From NCBI GenBank assembly GCA_039030395.1, contig JBCCEF010000003.1:320830-384829 (forward strand): a DNA stretch of 64,000 nucleotides. The letters run 5' to 3'. The stretch comes from Acidobacteriota bacterium (lineage in GTDB: Bacteria > Acidobacteriota > Thermoanaerobaculia > Multivoradales > JBCCEF01). A program made the translations under genes and the position numbers. The notes beneath the pieces were generated by a model. That model saw only the letters and a program-made list of their open reading frames with translations, was not told the DNA's origin and did no database searches. Position 1 is the first letter of the stretch, and each line of letters opens with the position of its first letter. Of the stretch, positions 39,797 through 50,939 are shown piece after piece.

Positions 39797-39990
39797 CAGA
39801 TTGCTGAAAAGGCCTGTGGCTTATGATTTCAGCAACCTGCTGGATTCTTCATTGCCGGGTCTAGGCGCCCCCTCGATCGAAAACACCAGTGTTTTCGGTC
39901 TCACCCCATCCACGGCGCCTGCGGCGCCGCCTCGCCTGTCAGGCTTGGTGCAGGGTGCTGATATAGATCTTGAGCACCCTGCTAGAGGGT
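39797..39990. repeat. Intergenic structured repeat element, copy G
   Basis: tctagcagattgctgaaaaggcctgtggcttatgatttcagcaacctgctgg ... ctaggcgccccctcgatcgaaaacaccagtgttttcggtctcacccc ... cggcgcctgcggcgccgcctcgcctgtcaggcttgg ... cagggtgctgatatagatcttgagcaccctgctag. Confidence 0.65.
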
Positions 39991-39998
39991 TGCGGAGG

Positions 39999-41507
39999 GT
40001 GACGAAGGCCTTTGGCTTTGCCTTCCTGATCCTCGCTGTCCAGGCGTGGGCCGCATCCTCCGCGGCTGATTCAGCCGCGGAGGATGCCTACCCGTGCGGC
40101 GAGCCGCTCGGAAAGCTGCCGGCGAGTGCGTGCCTGTTGCCGCCCGAGTTCGCCATGGCTTCCGATCCGGTCCAGCAGCAGAACACCTTCTACGACTTCA
40201 TGTGGCGGTCGTTCATCGCATTGAACTGGCCGCATCAAGAGGGCGGGGAGCGCGGCCAACCGAGCCAGACCGACAGCATCCTCACCCAGGCGGGCTTCGG
40301 CCCGCTGGTGCCCTCCGTTTGGGAGACTTACCGTTCACCGGACGAGATCTTTCTGCCGCCGGTGCAGTGGAACGACTATCCGAGCTGGAACACCCCACGG
40401 CCGCCGACCGCTGGCGCGCCGTTGCCGGCCGGCGCCAGGCCCCTCATGGGGTACTCCGATTTGGTCGAGTACGCCTCGGACATCCTGCAGCCGGACGTCT
40501 TCCCGGACCCCACCGGTCTGCTGGTGGACCAATGCGGTGGTGTCGTTCGCTACGAGGTGGCGACCAACCAGGCGTTCTTCACCTACATCGAGCACTTCCG
40601 CTACTTCGACTGCAACCAGCAGATCGCCGACGTGCTGCTGCGGGTCGAGGATCCGAACAATCCGGCCGGCTTCCAGCAACCGCCCTTCGGCACCAAGGCG
40701 CAGTTCGGCGCCGGAGGCTACCTGCAAGACCTACCGGTGTGGGCGCGCCAGGGCATGGTCGACGTCAAGGCCGCCTGGCGGCCCCTCGACCCGGTCCGCG
40801 ACCGCCTCGACCGCTATCTCCATCGCAAGATCGACACCGGCGAACGGGTGCAGCTGATGGGGCTGGTGGCCCTCCACATACTGCGCTTCACGCCAAATGG
40901 CGCCAATCGGCAAGGACGGGTGGCGGCGACCTTTGAGCAGGTGGACAACGTCTCCCTCGAAGAGGCCGTCTGCCCGGACTTCGAGCCCACCTCGCCGGCG
41001 CCCTCGCGGCCGAGCTTCAACCGCGGCACCTCGCCCTCGAACATCCAGTCCCGTCTCGGATTCGAAGGACCCATCCCCACCACCTCACCGACCCCGGTGG
41101 ACATCTACCGCGTCACTCCCTTGCCCACCGCGGTCCAAACCGCCAACTGCCGCTACCGCAAACTCCTGCGCGGTTCGGTGTTCGAGCACTACCAGCTCAT
41201 CGGGACCCAGAACAAGCACCCCGGCAAGACCGTGCCCCAATCCGACCCGGCCAACAACGGCCACGAGGGCCCGGTCACCGGCACGTACACCAACACCAAC
41301 AACCTCATCAACGCCGCCCTCGAGTCCTACACCCAGGCGAACTACAGTTCTATCCTCTGCCACGTCCGAGCGCGCCCCATCGGCGTGCCCATGAAGGCCT
41401 CCGAAGTCGACGACTTCAAAACCCTCACCTTCCTCCTCCAAAGCGCCCACGGCCGCCCGATCAAAGGAGTGTGCAACTGCCGACAGTGTTCGGAGGAGGG
41501 GGAGTGA
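39999..41507 (+). CDS. Secreted hypothetical protein
   Basis: A GTG start is proposed (V/MTKAFGFAFLILAVQAWAASSA, signal). The track ORF's first 66 codons translate repeat copy G (GLGAPS...LTPS). It runs about 500 aa and is Cys-containing (CNCRQC at the C-terminus). I recognise no family. Confidence 0.5.
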   Translation: MTKAFGFAFLILAVQAWAASSAADSAAEDAYPCGEPLGKLPASACLLPPEFAMASDPVQQQNTFYDFMWRSFIALNWPHQEGGERGQPSQTDSILTQAGFGPLVPSVWETYRSPDEIFLPPVQWNDYPSWNTPRPPTAGAPLPAGARPLMGYSDLVEYASDILQPDVFPDPTGLLVDQCGGVVRYEVATNQAFFTYIEHFRYFDCNQQIADVLLRVEDPNNPAGFQQPPFGTKAQFGAGGYLQDLPVWARQGMVDVKAAWRPLDPVRDRLDRYLHRKIDTGERVQLMGLVALHILRFTPNGANRQGRVAATFEQVDNVSLEEAVCPDFEPTSPAPSRPSFNRGTSPSNIQSRLGFEGPIPTTSPTPVDIYRVTPLPTAVQTANCRYRKLLRGSVFEHYQLIGTQNKHPGKTVPQSDPANNGHEGPVTGTYTNTNNLINAALESYTQANYSSILCHVRARPIGVPMKASEVDDFKTLTFLLQSAHGRPIKGVCNCRQCSEEGE

Positions 41508-41517
41508 GGCTCAATCC

Positions 41518-41967
41518 ATGGCCGATGCAAGAGTCGAAATAGGCGGTCAAGAGGTTCCTGTGTCATCGGTGGGAACCAATCACTCGCTCAACTTCGGCCG
41601 TTTCGAACGCGGGGAGATCACGATCCATCGCTACTGGGCGATGGTCCCCAGGCGTTCTGTCGTGCTGAACCTTGAAGCGAAGTACCTCCGCCTCGTTCGA
41701 GAGCTTCAAAACGATGATCACTTCGAGCCCTCCAGGCTCAGCCAGATCGGCTATCCGCCCCTCGAAGAGGTTCTTCTTCATCACCCAGCGCACATCTCCG
41801 AGATCGTCGATCACCTGGGCCGGGATCTACTGTCTGCCCTCTTTCCGTTCGGTGCTCAAAGCTGCTACGTGATCAACAGCATTGACGGTTTTGAGACGAA
41901 GCAAAACGGATTGACGTTCCGAGGTCGGTGCTTCGAGTTCTCAAACATCCACCCCAATCCAGTCTGA
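41518..41967 (+). CDS. Hypothetical protein (lower-GC gene, ~56% GC)
   Basis: 149 aa with an ATG 11 nt after the preceding stop. Its GC content is lower than the surrounding genes. I recognise no motifs. Confidence 0.4.
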   Translation: MADARVEIGGQEVPVSSVGTNHSLNFGRFERGEITIHRYWAMVPRRSVVLNLEAKYLRLVRELQNDDHFEPSRLSQIGYPPLEEVLLHHPAHISEIVDHLGRDLLSALFPFGAQSCYVINSIDGFETKQNGLTFRGRCFEFSNIHPNPV

Positions 41968-42226
41968 AGTTCTTCGAGAAATCCAGGTAGAAAAAAGTGG
42001 TTCGGAAGAAGACGAAGGGATTCGCCCAGAAGAGGAGGGAATCCTTCGAGGAGTAGTGGGTAAGTGTCTGCAGACGGGGAGCTTGCGAGTCATCCTCTGT
42101 GCTTGCAGCGATCTGCGGCTTGCGACTGCCTGCGCGCCGTTGCGTCTCTCTTCGCCGGTTTCCCGCCGGTTTCGGGGCAATGTCACCTGAAATGTCACTC
42201 GCTACTGTGACGGGTAGACTCCGGCG

Positions 42227-43525
42227 ATGCGATCCGCCCTCACTGCTCCAGGCGCTCTTGGAGTCCTTCGAGTGGTGGTGCTTGCTCGGCTACTCCTGCA
42301 CGTCTTCTTCGTTCCGGTGTACGAGGGGCCAGACGAGCCGTTCCATCTGGCGCGAGCGATGGCGGTTGCCGGCGGCGAGATCGACTCAAGCGGGCAGGTG
42401 TCGAGCGAGATTGTCGCCTCGGTCCTCGCGCATCCCTGCGGGCCTGACCTGACGCGTGCGTTCGGCTGTCCTGCCTTTGGTGGGCAAGGTGCTGCCTTCA
42501 ACATTCTTGGCAAGCACGACGTAGGCGAGGACGCGGAGCCACGAGACAACTACCAAGCACATCAACCTCCGCTGTACTACCTTTTCTCTGGCGCCGTCCT
42601 CTGGCTCTTGGGACTTCCGGCGGGTTCTCTCAGTCCCGAATTATCACTCCTGACACTTCGCCTAATCGCCTTCCTGCTGGTTGGGCTGGGGCTCTGGCGG
42701 CCACTCCGGACGCTGGGTACGAGCCACGGACGCTGGTTCGAGGGGCTCTTCTTGGGATCGTTGCTGCTGCCGGGAGCGGCGGAGTCCCTGATTCGCGTAG
42801 CGAATGATGCTCCTTTGTTTCTATGGTCACTGCTCGTCCTGGTTGCCCTCGACCGTGGGATAGCCGCAGTGTGGATCGCCTCGCTCCTCGCTCTCGGGCC
42901 CTTGTTGAAGCTCACGGCACTGCCCGTCGTGGCTTTTGCGGTGGTGGTTCTCTGGCGAAGTCGAGGCCGGATCGCAGCCGTTCTCGGCATGCTGGCGAGC
43001 CTCGCCTTCGTTCCGATTCAGCTTCTCCGTGGCTTCGACCGCGGCGGTGTCTTGGAGCTGAATGCACTCAACGGGCTCGAGGAGACTCTCGCGGTTGTCG
43101 TCAAGGGGATTATGCACAGCGCGTACACCTTTGTGAAAACGGCAGCTTGGCTTGGTGGGTGGAGTAGCTTCCGACCACCGCTGTCGGTGCTGGTGACCGG
43201 CTTTGTGCTTCTCATCGCCTGGGCGATCTGTTCGCGATCGAAGTCATCCGGCGAGAACAGGTTCGCTCATGCGGTTGCCCTCGTCGTCTTCGCAGGAGGA
43301 TTTCTTCTGTTCGCTATCGGCAAGCGCCAGCTCTTTGACGTGTGGGGTGCGGTGGGCGGGTGGTACTTCTGGGGCATAGTGCCCTGGGTTGCCTGTCTCT
43401 TCTCAGACCAAGTACGCCTCGTGCCAGGCAGCCAGAAGCGTCTCTTGCTGGCTTCGGCTGCCTGGCTCGCAATGGCGAACGGTGCCTGGTTCTGGATTTC
43501 GCTGAAGCTCTACGGACTGCCGTGA
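42227..43525 (+). CDS. Polytopic membrane protein, putative GT-C glycosyltransferase (PMT/ArnT-like)
   Basis: 432 aa. The first periplasmic loop carries YEGPDEPFHLARA (a DE-containing motif analogous to the PMT/ArnT DE/DExxY). About 10 TM helices are predicted. The assignment is tentative. Confidence 0.45.
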   Translation: MRSALTAPGALGVLRVVVLARLLLHVFFVPVYEGPDEPFHLARAMAVAGGEIDSSGQVSSEIVASVLAHPCGPDLTRAFGCPAFGGQGAAFNILGKHDVGEDAEPRDNYQAHQPPLYYLFSGAVLWLLGLPAGSLSPELSLLTLRLIAFLLVGLGLWRPLRTLGTSHGRWFEGLFLGSLLLPGAAESLIRVANDAPLFLWSLLVLVALDRGIAAVWIASLLALGPLLKLTALPVVAFAVVVLWRSRGRIAAVLGMLASLAFVPIQLLRGFDRGGVLELNALNGLEETLAVVVKGIMHSAYTFVKTAAWLGGWSSFRPPLSVLVTGFVLLIAWAICSRSKSSGENRFAHAVALVVFAGGFLLFAIGKRQLFDVWGAVGGWYFWGIVPWVACLFSDQVRLVPGSQKRLLLASAAWLAMANGAWFWISLKLYGLP

Positions 43526-43752
43526 AGACATCGGGCGCTTGAGCACCCTCGTCCAGCAGAATGTCACTCGGGGTACTGCCGCCCCGCCTGGCGAGAGCCG
43601 AACCACTCAGTCTGCAGAAGAAATCGATGGCGTGTTCCTAAATGGGCGGAGAGGTTGGTTATCGGGGGCTTCATAGATTCGCCCTGTAGATCGACAGCTG
43701 GGGGCTGTCGATCTACAGACCGAAGCGCTCCCGAACCGTCATGAGCTGAAAG

Positions 43753-43848
<96 letters not shown>

Positions 43849-43991
43849 GCGAGGCAGGCGCGTCATTCTATGCAGCCCTCGAGGCGGAGTCAAAGACGCC
43901 GCGGGCGAGGCATTGCAGGGAGGCGGCGAAACGGCGAGCAATCCACTAGACTAGGCTTGACCGCCACCGACCCCAAGAGGATCCTGAGCCC

Positions 43992-46025
43992 ATGAATCAA
44001 GCCTCCGCTCCGGCGACGGCCGCGTCCGCGGACCGCCTCGCGATCAACACGCTGCGTTTCCTCGCCATCGACATGGTCGAAGCCGCCCGCTCCGGCCATC
44101 CCGGTGCGCCGATGGGGCAGGCCGCGTTGGCCTACTGGCTGTGGACCCGCTACCTGCGCCACGATCCGGCGAGTCCGGATTGGCTCAACCGCGACCGCTT
44201 CGTGCTGTCCTGCGGCCACGCTTCGGCGTTGCTCTATGGGCTGCTGCACCTTTCCGGCTATGACCTGCCGATAGAGGAGCTTAAAAACTTCCGGCAGCTC
44301 GGCTCGAAAACGCCGGGCCATCCGGAGCACGGCCACACGGCGGGGGTGGAGACGACTACCGGCCCCCTCGGCCAGGGCTTCGCCAACGCGGTGGGCCTAG
44401 CGATGGGCGAGCGGTTGCTGGCGGCGCGGTTCAATCGCGAGGGCTTTCCGATCTTCGACTACCGGACCTGGGTGATCGCCAGCGACGGCGACCTGATGGA
44501 GGGGGTGGCCTCGGAGGCGGCTTCCCTCGCCGGCCACTGGGGCCTGGGCAAGCTCAACGTTTTCTACGACGCCAACGAAATCACCATCGACGGATCCACG
44601 GATCTGGCCTTTTCGGAAGACGTGGCCGGCCGCTTCGAGGGCTGCGGCTGGCATACCGAGCGGGTGGACGACGGCAACGACCTCGAAGCGATCGACTCCG
44701 CTTTGCGCAGCGCCCGGGCCGAGACGGAACGCCCGAGCCTGGTGCTGGTGCGCACCACCATCGGCTACGGCAGCCCCAACCGGGCGGACACCGCTAAGGC
44801 CCACGGCGAGCCGCTGGGGGAGGATGAAGCGCGGCGCACCCGAGAGGCTCTGGACTGGCCGATGGAGCCGAGGTTCCATGTGCCGGAGGAGGCCCGAACG
44901 GCCTTCGAGAAGGCGGCGGAGCGGGGGGCGCGGCGCACCTTCGAGTGGAATCGCCTGCTGGAGCGCTACACCGCCGAACACCCGGAACCGGCCGCCGAAC
45001 TCGCAGCGCGCCGCAGCGGAACCCTGCCGGCAGACCTGTGGAACACCCTGCCGGCCTTCGGCCCGGAGGACGGTCCCATCGCCACCCGCAAGGCGTCCGG
45101 CAAGGTGCTCAATGCCCTGGCGCCGCATCTGCCGCAACTGGTCGGCGGGTCGGCGGATCTGACCGGCTCGAACAACACCTGGTTGGCAGACGAAGGTGTC
45201 TTCAGCCTGGACGACCCGGGCGGGCGCAACGTCCATTTCGGTGTGCGCGAGCACGCCATGGGGTCAATCATGAACGGCCTCTCGCTCTGCCGGTTGTTTA
45301 TCCCCTACGGCGGCACCTTCCTGATCTTCTCGGATTACATGCGCCCGCCCACCCGCCTGGCGGCGCTCACCGGCCTGCAGAATATCGCCGTCTTCACCCA
45401 CGACTCGATCTTTCTCGGTGAGGACGGCCCCACCCACCAGCCGATCGGCCAGCTCGCTGCCCTGCGGGCGATTCCCAACGTCACCGTGGTCCGCCCGGCG
45501 GACGGCAACGAGACCGCCGCCGCCTGGCGCATCGCGATCGAGAACCGCACCGGCCCGACGGCCCTGGCGCTCACCCGACAAGGGCTGCCGATTGGCGAGG
45601 AGCTGGCCGCCCGCGGTCGCGACGGCGCTCTGCGGGGCGGCTACGTGCTGGCCGATCCGCCGGCCGATGCCGCGCCCCGCGCCATCCTGATCGCCACCGG
45701 TTCGGAGGTGTCTCTGGCCCTCGCCGCCTCGGAGGCGCTGGCGGCCGAGGGCGTGCCGGTGCGGGTGGTGAGCCTGCCCTGCTGGGAGATCTTCGATCGC
45801 CAGGAGCGCTCCTACCGAGAGTCGGTCCTGCCGCCGGGGATCACCGCCCGGCTGGCGATCGAGGCGGCGAGCCCGCTGGGATGGGAGCGTTACGTGGGCC
45901 TCGCAGGCGACGTCCTGGCCATGGAAGGCTTCGGCGCCTCGGCGACCTGCGCCGACGTCGCGGAGCACTTCGGTTTCACGGTGCCGAACGTCATCGACCG
46001 GGTTCGCGTTCTCCTCGGCGACTAG
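43992..46025 (+). CDS. tkt: Transketolase
   Basis: 677 aa. The TPP-binding motifs are [21 protein letters not shown] and [10 protein letters not shown] transketolase C-terminal domain is present. Confidence 0.95.
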   Translation: MNQASAPATAASADRLAINTLRFLAIDMVEAARSGHPGAPMGQAALAYWLWTRYLRHDPASPDWLNRDRFVLSCGHASALLYGLLHLSGYDLPIEELKNFRQLGSKTPGHPEHGHTAGVETTTGPLGQGFANAVGLAMGERLLAARFNREGFPIFDYRTWVIASDGDLMEGVASEAASLAGHWGLGKLNVFYDANEITIDGSTDLAFSEDVAGRFEGCGWHTERVDDGNDLEAIDSALRSARAETERPSLVLVRTTIGYGSPNRADTAKAHGEPLGEDEARRTREALDWPMEPRFHVPEEARTAFEKAAERGARRTFEWNRLLERYTAEHPEPAAELAARRSGTLPADLWNTLPAFGPEDGPIATRKASGKVLNALAPHLPQLVGGSADLTGSNNTWLADEGVFSLDDPGGRNVHFGVREHAMGSIMNGLSLCRLFIPYGGTFLIFSDYMRPPTRLAALTGLQNIAVFTHDSIFLGEDGPTHQPIGQLAALRAIPNVTVVRPADGNETAAAWRIAIENRTGPTALALTRQGLPIGEELAARGRDGALRGGYVLADPPADAAPRAILIATGSEVSLALAASEALAAEGVPVRVVSLPCWEIFDRQERSYRESVLPPGITARLAIEAASPLGWERYVGLAGDVLAMEGFGASATCADVAEHFGFTVPNVIDRVRVLLGD

Positions 46026-46140
46026 ACGGACTCTCCAGGCGTCGGCCTGGGTGGGGTCCACGGCGCGCCGCCACCCTGTGGGAAGATCGGAGGGATCTCT
46101 CTCGCGTCTTCCACCGGGAGAGTCTCCTGAGGAGATTCCC

Positions 46141-48504
46141 ATGGCCGTCGCCGACACTTCCGGTTCCGCCCATTCCCTGACGGAAGACCCGCGTCTCTTC
46201 GCCTTCCTGCCGCCCTTCTACGTCGCCTGGGCGGACGGTGAGCTGACCCCTGAAGAGATCGCCGCCATCGGCGACCAGGCCCTCGCCGTGGAGGGTTTGG
46301 AGGACTGCTGTCAGGACGCTCTCGAACGCTGGCTCGATCCGGAGCGTCCACCCACCGCCCAGGAACTTCAGAAACTGTTGAGTGCGATCCGCCGGCAGTC
46401 GGCCTCGCTTTCCCTCGGGGAGCGGCGGACGATGGCGGAACTGGGGGTGGAGCTGGCGCGGGTGGGCGGCCACGAGCCGGCGCCGGCGGAGATCGAGGCC
46501 CTAGAACGCCTGGAGACGGCGTTGTCGTTGCCGAGTGCCGAAGTCACCCGGGCGCTGGTGGTCAAGGAGCGGCCGGTGGTGCCCGAGCCGGTGCCGTCGG
46601 CGGCCGCCTTCGAGCCGCACGCCCTGAGGCGCTGGCTCGACGGCGACCGCCACGCGCTCCGCCAGGAAGTTCGCGAGCTGCTCGCCCAGCCGGAGATGCA
46701 GCCGCCGGCGGAGGTGTCGAAGGAGGAGTACCGCGAGTGGGTGCTCGCCCGCTGCCGGACCCTGGCAGAGCGCCGCTACGGCGCCCTCGCCCTGCCCGAG
46801 GAAGTGGGTGGCAAGGGCGATATCGCTTCCTTCGTGGCGGTGTTCGAGACGCTGGCCCTCGGCGACCTGAGCCTGGTGGTGAAGTTCGGGGTGCAGTTCG
46901 GCCTTTTTGCCGGCAGCATCCATCAACTCGGCACCGACAAGCACCATCAAAAGTACCTGCCGGCGGCGGCGAGTCTGGAGTTACCCGGCTGCTTCGCGAT
47001 GACCGAAACCGGCCACGGCTCCAACGTGGCGGACCTCGAAACGGTGGCTCGCTTCGACCGCGCGACGGACGAGTTCGAGATCCACAGCCCCACGCAGGCG
47101 GCGCGCAAGGACTACATCGGCAACGCCGCCCGCCACGGCCGCCTGGCGACGGTCTTCGCGCAGCTCGAAATCGATGGCGAAGGGTTCGGCGTCCACGCGT
47201 TCCTGGTGCCGATCCGGGACGAGAGCGGAAACCCCATGGCCGGTGTGGAGATCGGCGACTGCGGCAAGAAACTGGGCTTGAACGGGGTGGACAACGGCCG
47301 TCTGCTGTTTGACCGTGTGCGGGTGCCGCGGGAGGCCCTGCTCGATCGCTTCGCCCAGGTCTCCGCCGAAGGCGAGTACACCAGCCCCATCGTCAGTCCC
47401 TCGAAGCGCTTCTTTACCATGCTGGGTACCCTGGTGGGAGGGCGGGTGAGCGTGGCCCGGGCGGCCCTCTCGGCTTCCAAAGTGGGCCTGGCGATTGCGG
47501 TGCGCTATGGTGACCGGCGCCGACAGTTTGGCGCACCGGGTGAGCCCGAGACCCGTCTGCTGGACTACGTCACCCACCAGCGTCGGCTGATGCCGTTGGT
47601 CGCGGAGGCCTACGCTCTGCACTTTGCCCTCGATCACCTGGTCGAGCGCTTCGCCGCCTCGCAGGAAACCGATGGCTCCGGCGAGGACACCAAGGGAGAG
47701 GCCCGCCGCGAGGTCGAAACCCTCGCCGCCGCCCTCAAGTCCGTCGCCACCTGGCACGCTACGGATTCCCTCCAGACCTGTCGCGAAGCCTGCGGTGGGC
47801 AGGGCTACCTGGCGGTCAACCGATTTGCGGACCTCAAGGCCGACTCGGACATCTTCACCACCTTCGAGGGCGACAACACCGTCCTCCTGCAGCTCGTCGC
47901 CAAGAGCCTCCTCGGCGGCTATCGGCACATGTTCGGGAGCTTCAGCACCCTGCGCCTGGCGCGCTACCTGATCGGCCGGGTGGCGACCCATGTGGTGGAA
48001 ACCAACCCCGTCATCACCCGCAAGACCGACGAGGTCCATTTGCGCGACCGCGAGTTCCAGCGCGGCGCCTTCCGCTGGCGCGAGGAGCGCATGCTCGCCA
48101 CCGTCGCCCAGCGCCTCAAGAAGCGGATCGACGACGGCATGGAGAGCCAGCAGGCCCTCATCGATTGTCAAGATCATTTGGTCGCCCTGGCAAAGGCCCA
48201 CGCCGAGCGCATCGTGCTCGACCGCTTCGCGGAGGCCGTCGATGGCACCCCGGAGCCGGAGCTGCGCGCGGTGCTCTCGCTACTTTGCGACCTCTACGCC
48301 CTGCACCGGCTGGAGCAGGACCGGGCCTGGTTCTTGGAGCGAGGGTACTTCGAGAGCAACAAGGCCAAGGCTATCCGCGACCTGGTCAACGCCCTGTGCC
48401 TCGAAGCGCGCCAGCAAGCGGTGCCGCTGGTTGACGCCTTCGGCATACCGGATGCCGTGTTGGCGGCCCCCATCGCCTTCGATGGAGGCCAGATCGAGAC
48501 CTGA
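46141..48504 (+). CDS. Acyl-CoA dehydrogenase/oxidase family protein with N-terminal TerB-like domain
   Basis: Start set at MAVADTSG. The N-terminal ~140 aa resemble the TerB/DjlA-N fold (AWADGELTPEEIAAI). The ACAD core has CFAMTETGHGSNVADLET, the GDCGKKLGLNGVDNGRL catalytic region, and C-terminal oxidase-like helices. Confidence 0.75.
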   Translation: MAVADTSGSAHSLTEDPRLFAFLPPFYVAWADGELTPEEIAAIGDQALAVEGLEDCCQDALERWLDPERPPTAQELQKLLSAIRRQSASLSLGERRTMAELGVELARVGGHEPAPAEIEALERLETALSLPSAEVTRALVVKERPVVPEPVPSAAAFEPHALRRWLDGDRHALRQEVRELLAQPEMQPPAEVSKEEYREWVLARCRTLAERRYGALALPEEVGGKGDIASFVAVFETLALGDLSLVVKFGVQFGLFAGSIHQLGTDKHHQKYLPAAASLELPGCFAMTETGHGSNVADLETVARFDRATDEFEIHSPTQAARKDYIGNAARHGRLATVFAQLEIDGEGFGVHAFLVPIRDESGNPMAGVEIGDCGKKLGLNGVDNGRLLFDRVRVPREALLDRFAQVSAEGEYTSPIVSPSKRFFTMLGTLVGGRVSVARAALSASKVGLAIAVRYGDRRRQFGAPGEPETRLLDYVTHQRRLMPLVAEAYALHFALDHLVERFAASQETDGSGEDTKGEARREVETLAAALKSVATWHATDSLQTCREACGGQGYLAVNRFADLKADSDIFTTFEGDNTVLLQLVAKSLLGGYRHMFGSFSTLRLARYLIGRVATHVVETNPVITRKTDEVHLRDREFQRGAFRWREERMLATVAQRLKKRIDDGMESQQALIDCQDHLVALAKAHAERIVLDRFAEAVDGTPEPELRAVLSLLCDLYALHRLEQDRAWFLERGYFESNKAKAIRDLVNALCLEARQQAVPLVDAFGIPDAVLAAPIAFDGGQIET

Positions 48505-48507
48505 GGG

Positions 48508-49017
48508 TCAGCCGAAAGAACCGGGATCGTCCGCCGAAGGTCCATAGACCGAAGGTACGGGCACGTCGAGCAGGCGCAGAAACACCGACATCTGCCCGCG
48601 GTGGTGCACGACGTGGCTGAGGATGAAGGAGCGCAAAATCGCCGCTTTCGGCGCCTCCACGGCGATGTGGTCTCCCATCCGGAGTTGCCAGTTTCGGGAA
48701 AGGTCTTCATCGGTCACGCCCTGGGTTGAGCCGAAGAACGTCTCTAGCGCCCGGTCGTGGCCTGCGAGCAGCTCGGCTCGAGTGGCGGGATGGAAGGGCT
48801 GATAGGCGTCGTCGCCACCGAGGTCCAGAAAATCGGCCTGCAACGTATCCGGTCCCCAACCGGGGATCTCCGCGATGTGCCCGGCCAGGCGGCCGAGGGA
48901 CATGGACTTCTCGTGCGGTTTCCAGGCGAAGTGCTCTTCCGGTACCACCTCTAGGACCCGACGGGTGGTGGCGGCTTCGTGCTTCATCTCCTGGGCGAAG
49001 AGTTTGATCAAGGCCAT
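48508..49017 (-). CDS. DinB/YfiT-family metal-dependent hydrolase-like protein
   Basis: The track ORF is trimmed to MALIKLFAQEM. A DinB-like four-helix His pattern is present (HIAEIPGW ... HVVHHRGQ). Confidence 0.7.
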   Translation of the reverse strand: MALIKLFAQEMKHEAATTRRVLEVVPEEHFAWKPHEKSMSLGRLAGHIAEIPGWGPDTLQADFLDLGGDDAYQPFHPATRAELLAGHDRALETFFGSTQGVTDEDLSRNWQLRMGDHIAVEAPKAAILRSFILSHVVHHRGQMSVFLRLLDVPVPSVYGPSADDPGSFG

Positions 49018-49115
49018 GGGCTGCTCCTGACTTTCCATAGGGAATGGGATGGACTCGCGGCCTATTAGGTCAATGAGTCCGATGCCCGACGTCAGCCTCC
49101 AGAATCGAGGGTGGA

Positions 49116-49994
49116 TCAGTCCGCCCGCCGCACCTCGAATGGCCATTGGATCGAGCAAACGTCGCCTTGGTAGGCGGCGTCTTTCACCGTTAGGGTACCC
49201 GACATGCGGTCGTCGGATAGGACGTTGATGGAGTAACGCGCCCGCAGGTCCGCCGCGCCCTCGAAGAGGTCAGAAGTTGTCTTCGAGCCCTGAAAGTTCG
49301 GCACCGTCTTGCCGCTGACCCGGACGTCCTTCCCCTGGCGCACCACCACCAGCGTGTCGCCGGACTTGCTGCCGGAGACCTTCATCTGGATGCCGTCGTT
49401 GTAGATCTCCACTTTCTCCGTGAAGCCCGGCAAGGTCACCGGGAAGGGCAGCTTCTTGCAGGTCAGTTCGCCGGCCTTGAAGGCCCAGTTCCACTCACCG
49501 TCCTCGCACGCTGCCGGCCGCTCCTCGATCTCGGCTTCGCGCACTAGGGTGAAGCGGGTTTGGCCCTCCATTCCGGCGTACTGGTGGGCTGGATCGTCCG
49601 TCGTCGCGCCGGCGGTGTCGATCTTGGCCATGACGTCGTAGACCTCCGTGAACTCCTTCGGCGGCTCCTGGCAGTTCTGCCATCGGCCGGCGTCTTCCAC
49701 CGGCGGCGCGGTGAAGCAGGTCGCTCCGGAGCCATCGAGTTTGCCGGCGGCGAATCCGCTCTTGGCGGCGAGCTCTCGGCCGTTGCGGCTGAAGGTCCAG
49801 TTGAGCACCGGCTCGCCCTCCAGGTAGACCGACTGGAAGCACAGCTCCACCGGCTGATGGGCCGATGCTCGAGTCGGGGTGCTTTCGAGAGCGTCGAGTT
49901 CGAGCGCAATCTGGCCGGTGACGGGCAGGGCGACCAGCCCAAGGCACAGAAACGAGGTGAGGCGAAGGGCACTAGCTGACGGAATGCGATGCAT
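49116..49994 (-). CDS. Secreted hypothetical protein
   Basis: 292 aa. The signal peptide is MHRIPSASALRLTSFLCLGLVALPVTGQ. It is Cys-containing, with no recognisable family. Confidence 0.5.
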   Translation of the reverse strand: MHRIPSASALRLTSFLCLGLVALPVTGQIALELDALESTPTRASAHQPVELCFQSVYLEGEPVLNWTFSRNGRELAAKSGFAAGKLDGSGATCFTAPPVEDAGRWQNCQEPPKEFTEVYDVMAKIDTAGATTDDPAHQYAGMEGQTRFTLVREAEIEERPAACEDGEWNWAFKAGELTCKKLPFPVTLPGFTEKVEIYNDGIQMKVSGSKSGDTLVVVRQGKDVRVSGKTVPNFQGSKTTSDLFEGAADLRARYSINVLSDDRMSGTLTVKDAAYQGDVCSIQWPFEVRRAD

Positions 49995-50118
49995 GATTCA
50001 AATCTCCGCTGAGGCATGAGCGCTACACAGTCAACAGATAATTCCATCTCGAGCGTCTGGGTAAGTAGGTATGCTCCCCTAGGATACCAACTGCGTCCCT
50101 AGCCTTCTCGGCGCGTGC

Positions 50119-50586
50119 CTACGCTCCCTTGAGGGGCCAGTTGATTTCGGTCAGCCAGTCGGCGGGATTCGGCACTTCGCCCGGATCCGTCAGGTAGACC
50201 TCCCATGGGGCGCCGCCGACCTCTTCGTCATTGTCCTCAAGCCAGTTCTGGATCGCTTCGTGGGCTTGACCCAGACTGTCGTATGAGCCCTTGTGAATCG
50301 TGGTTACCACTTCGCCACCGAAGAGAGAGCCGAGCTGGATCTCGCCCTCTCCCTCTCCTGGTCCAGCGATCGGCATGCCCGCTTCAATCGTGACAAGACC
50401 TGGACCGAAGCAGGGATAGCGGGAAGTCGGCGGGCCCGCGAAGGGGATGCCCTGCGCTATGGCGTATTGAAATACCGAACCGAACATGGTGCCGAGAGCT
50501 TCGGCAATGGCCTCCTGTTTCACTTCGCTTCGCATGAAAAGAAACGGAGTTTCCGCGAGTGTTCTCTTGGTGATTTCGTAGCTCAT
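50119..50586 (-). CDS. GyrI-like (AraC effector-binding / SOUL-like) small-molecule-binding domain protein
   Basis: Start set at MSYEITKRTLAETPFLFMRSEV (the GyrI-like N-terminal strand pattern). It is 155 aa and ends ...EVYLTDPGEVPNPADWLTEINWPL, as is typical for this fold. Confidence 0.65.
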   Translation of the reverse strand: MSYEITKRTLAETPFLFMRSEVKQEAIAEALGTMFGSVFQYAIAQGIPFAGPPTSRYPCFGPGLVTIEAGMPIAGPGEGEGEIQLGSLFGGEVVTTIHKGSYDSLGQAHEAIQNWLEDNDEEVGGAPWEVYLTDPGEVPNPADWLTEINWPLKGA

Positions 50587-50939
50587 TTCAGATCCTCCCA
50601 ACATTGTTTTTTGTAGTTTGCTTGCGATGGACGTCCAGCAGCAAGGCTCGGCGAGGCTCTTGCACTCGCCATCGACCTCAGACTGTCGAGCGAGAGCGGC
50701 AGAAGTTCTTCGAGCGGACTAGGCATCGTCTGCATTGTCGCTCAGACGGCTGCGAAAGTCTTGACCCTTCTTGCGATCAGGCGCTGGTCTGCCGCCTCCG
50801 TGCCCCTCGGAGCCGCAGCAACGACACCACGCTAGAGAGGAAACGGGGCGGGTATTGAATCTTTACATTGGTGTTCGAGAGGTTCCATGCCGCGAATCGA
50901 TCCGGATGGCGGAATGATTATATAAGCTGAGTGGTAAGT

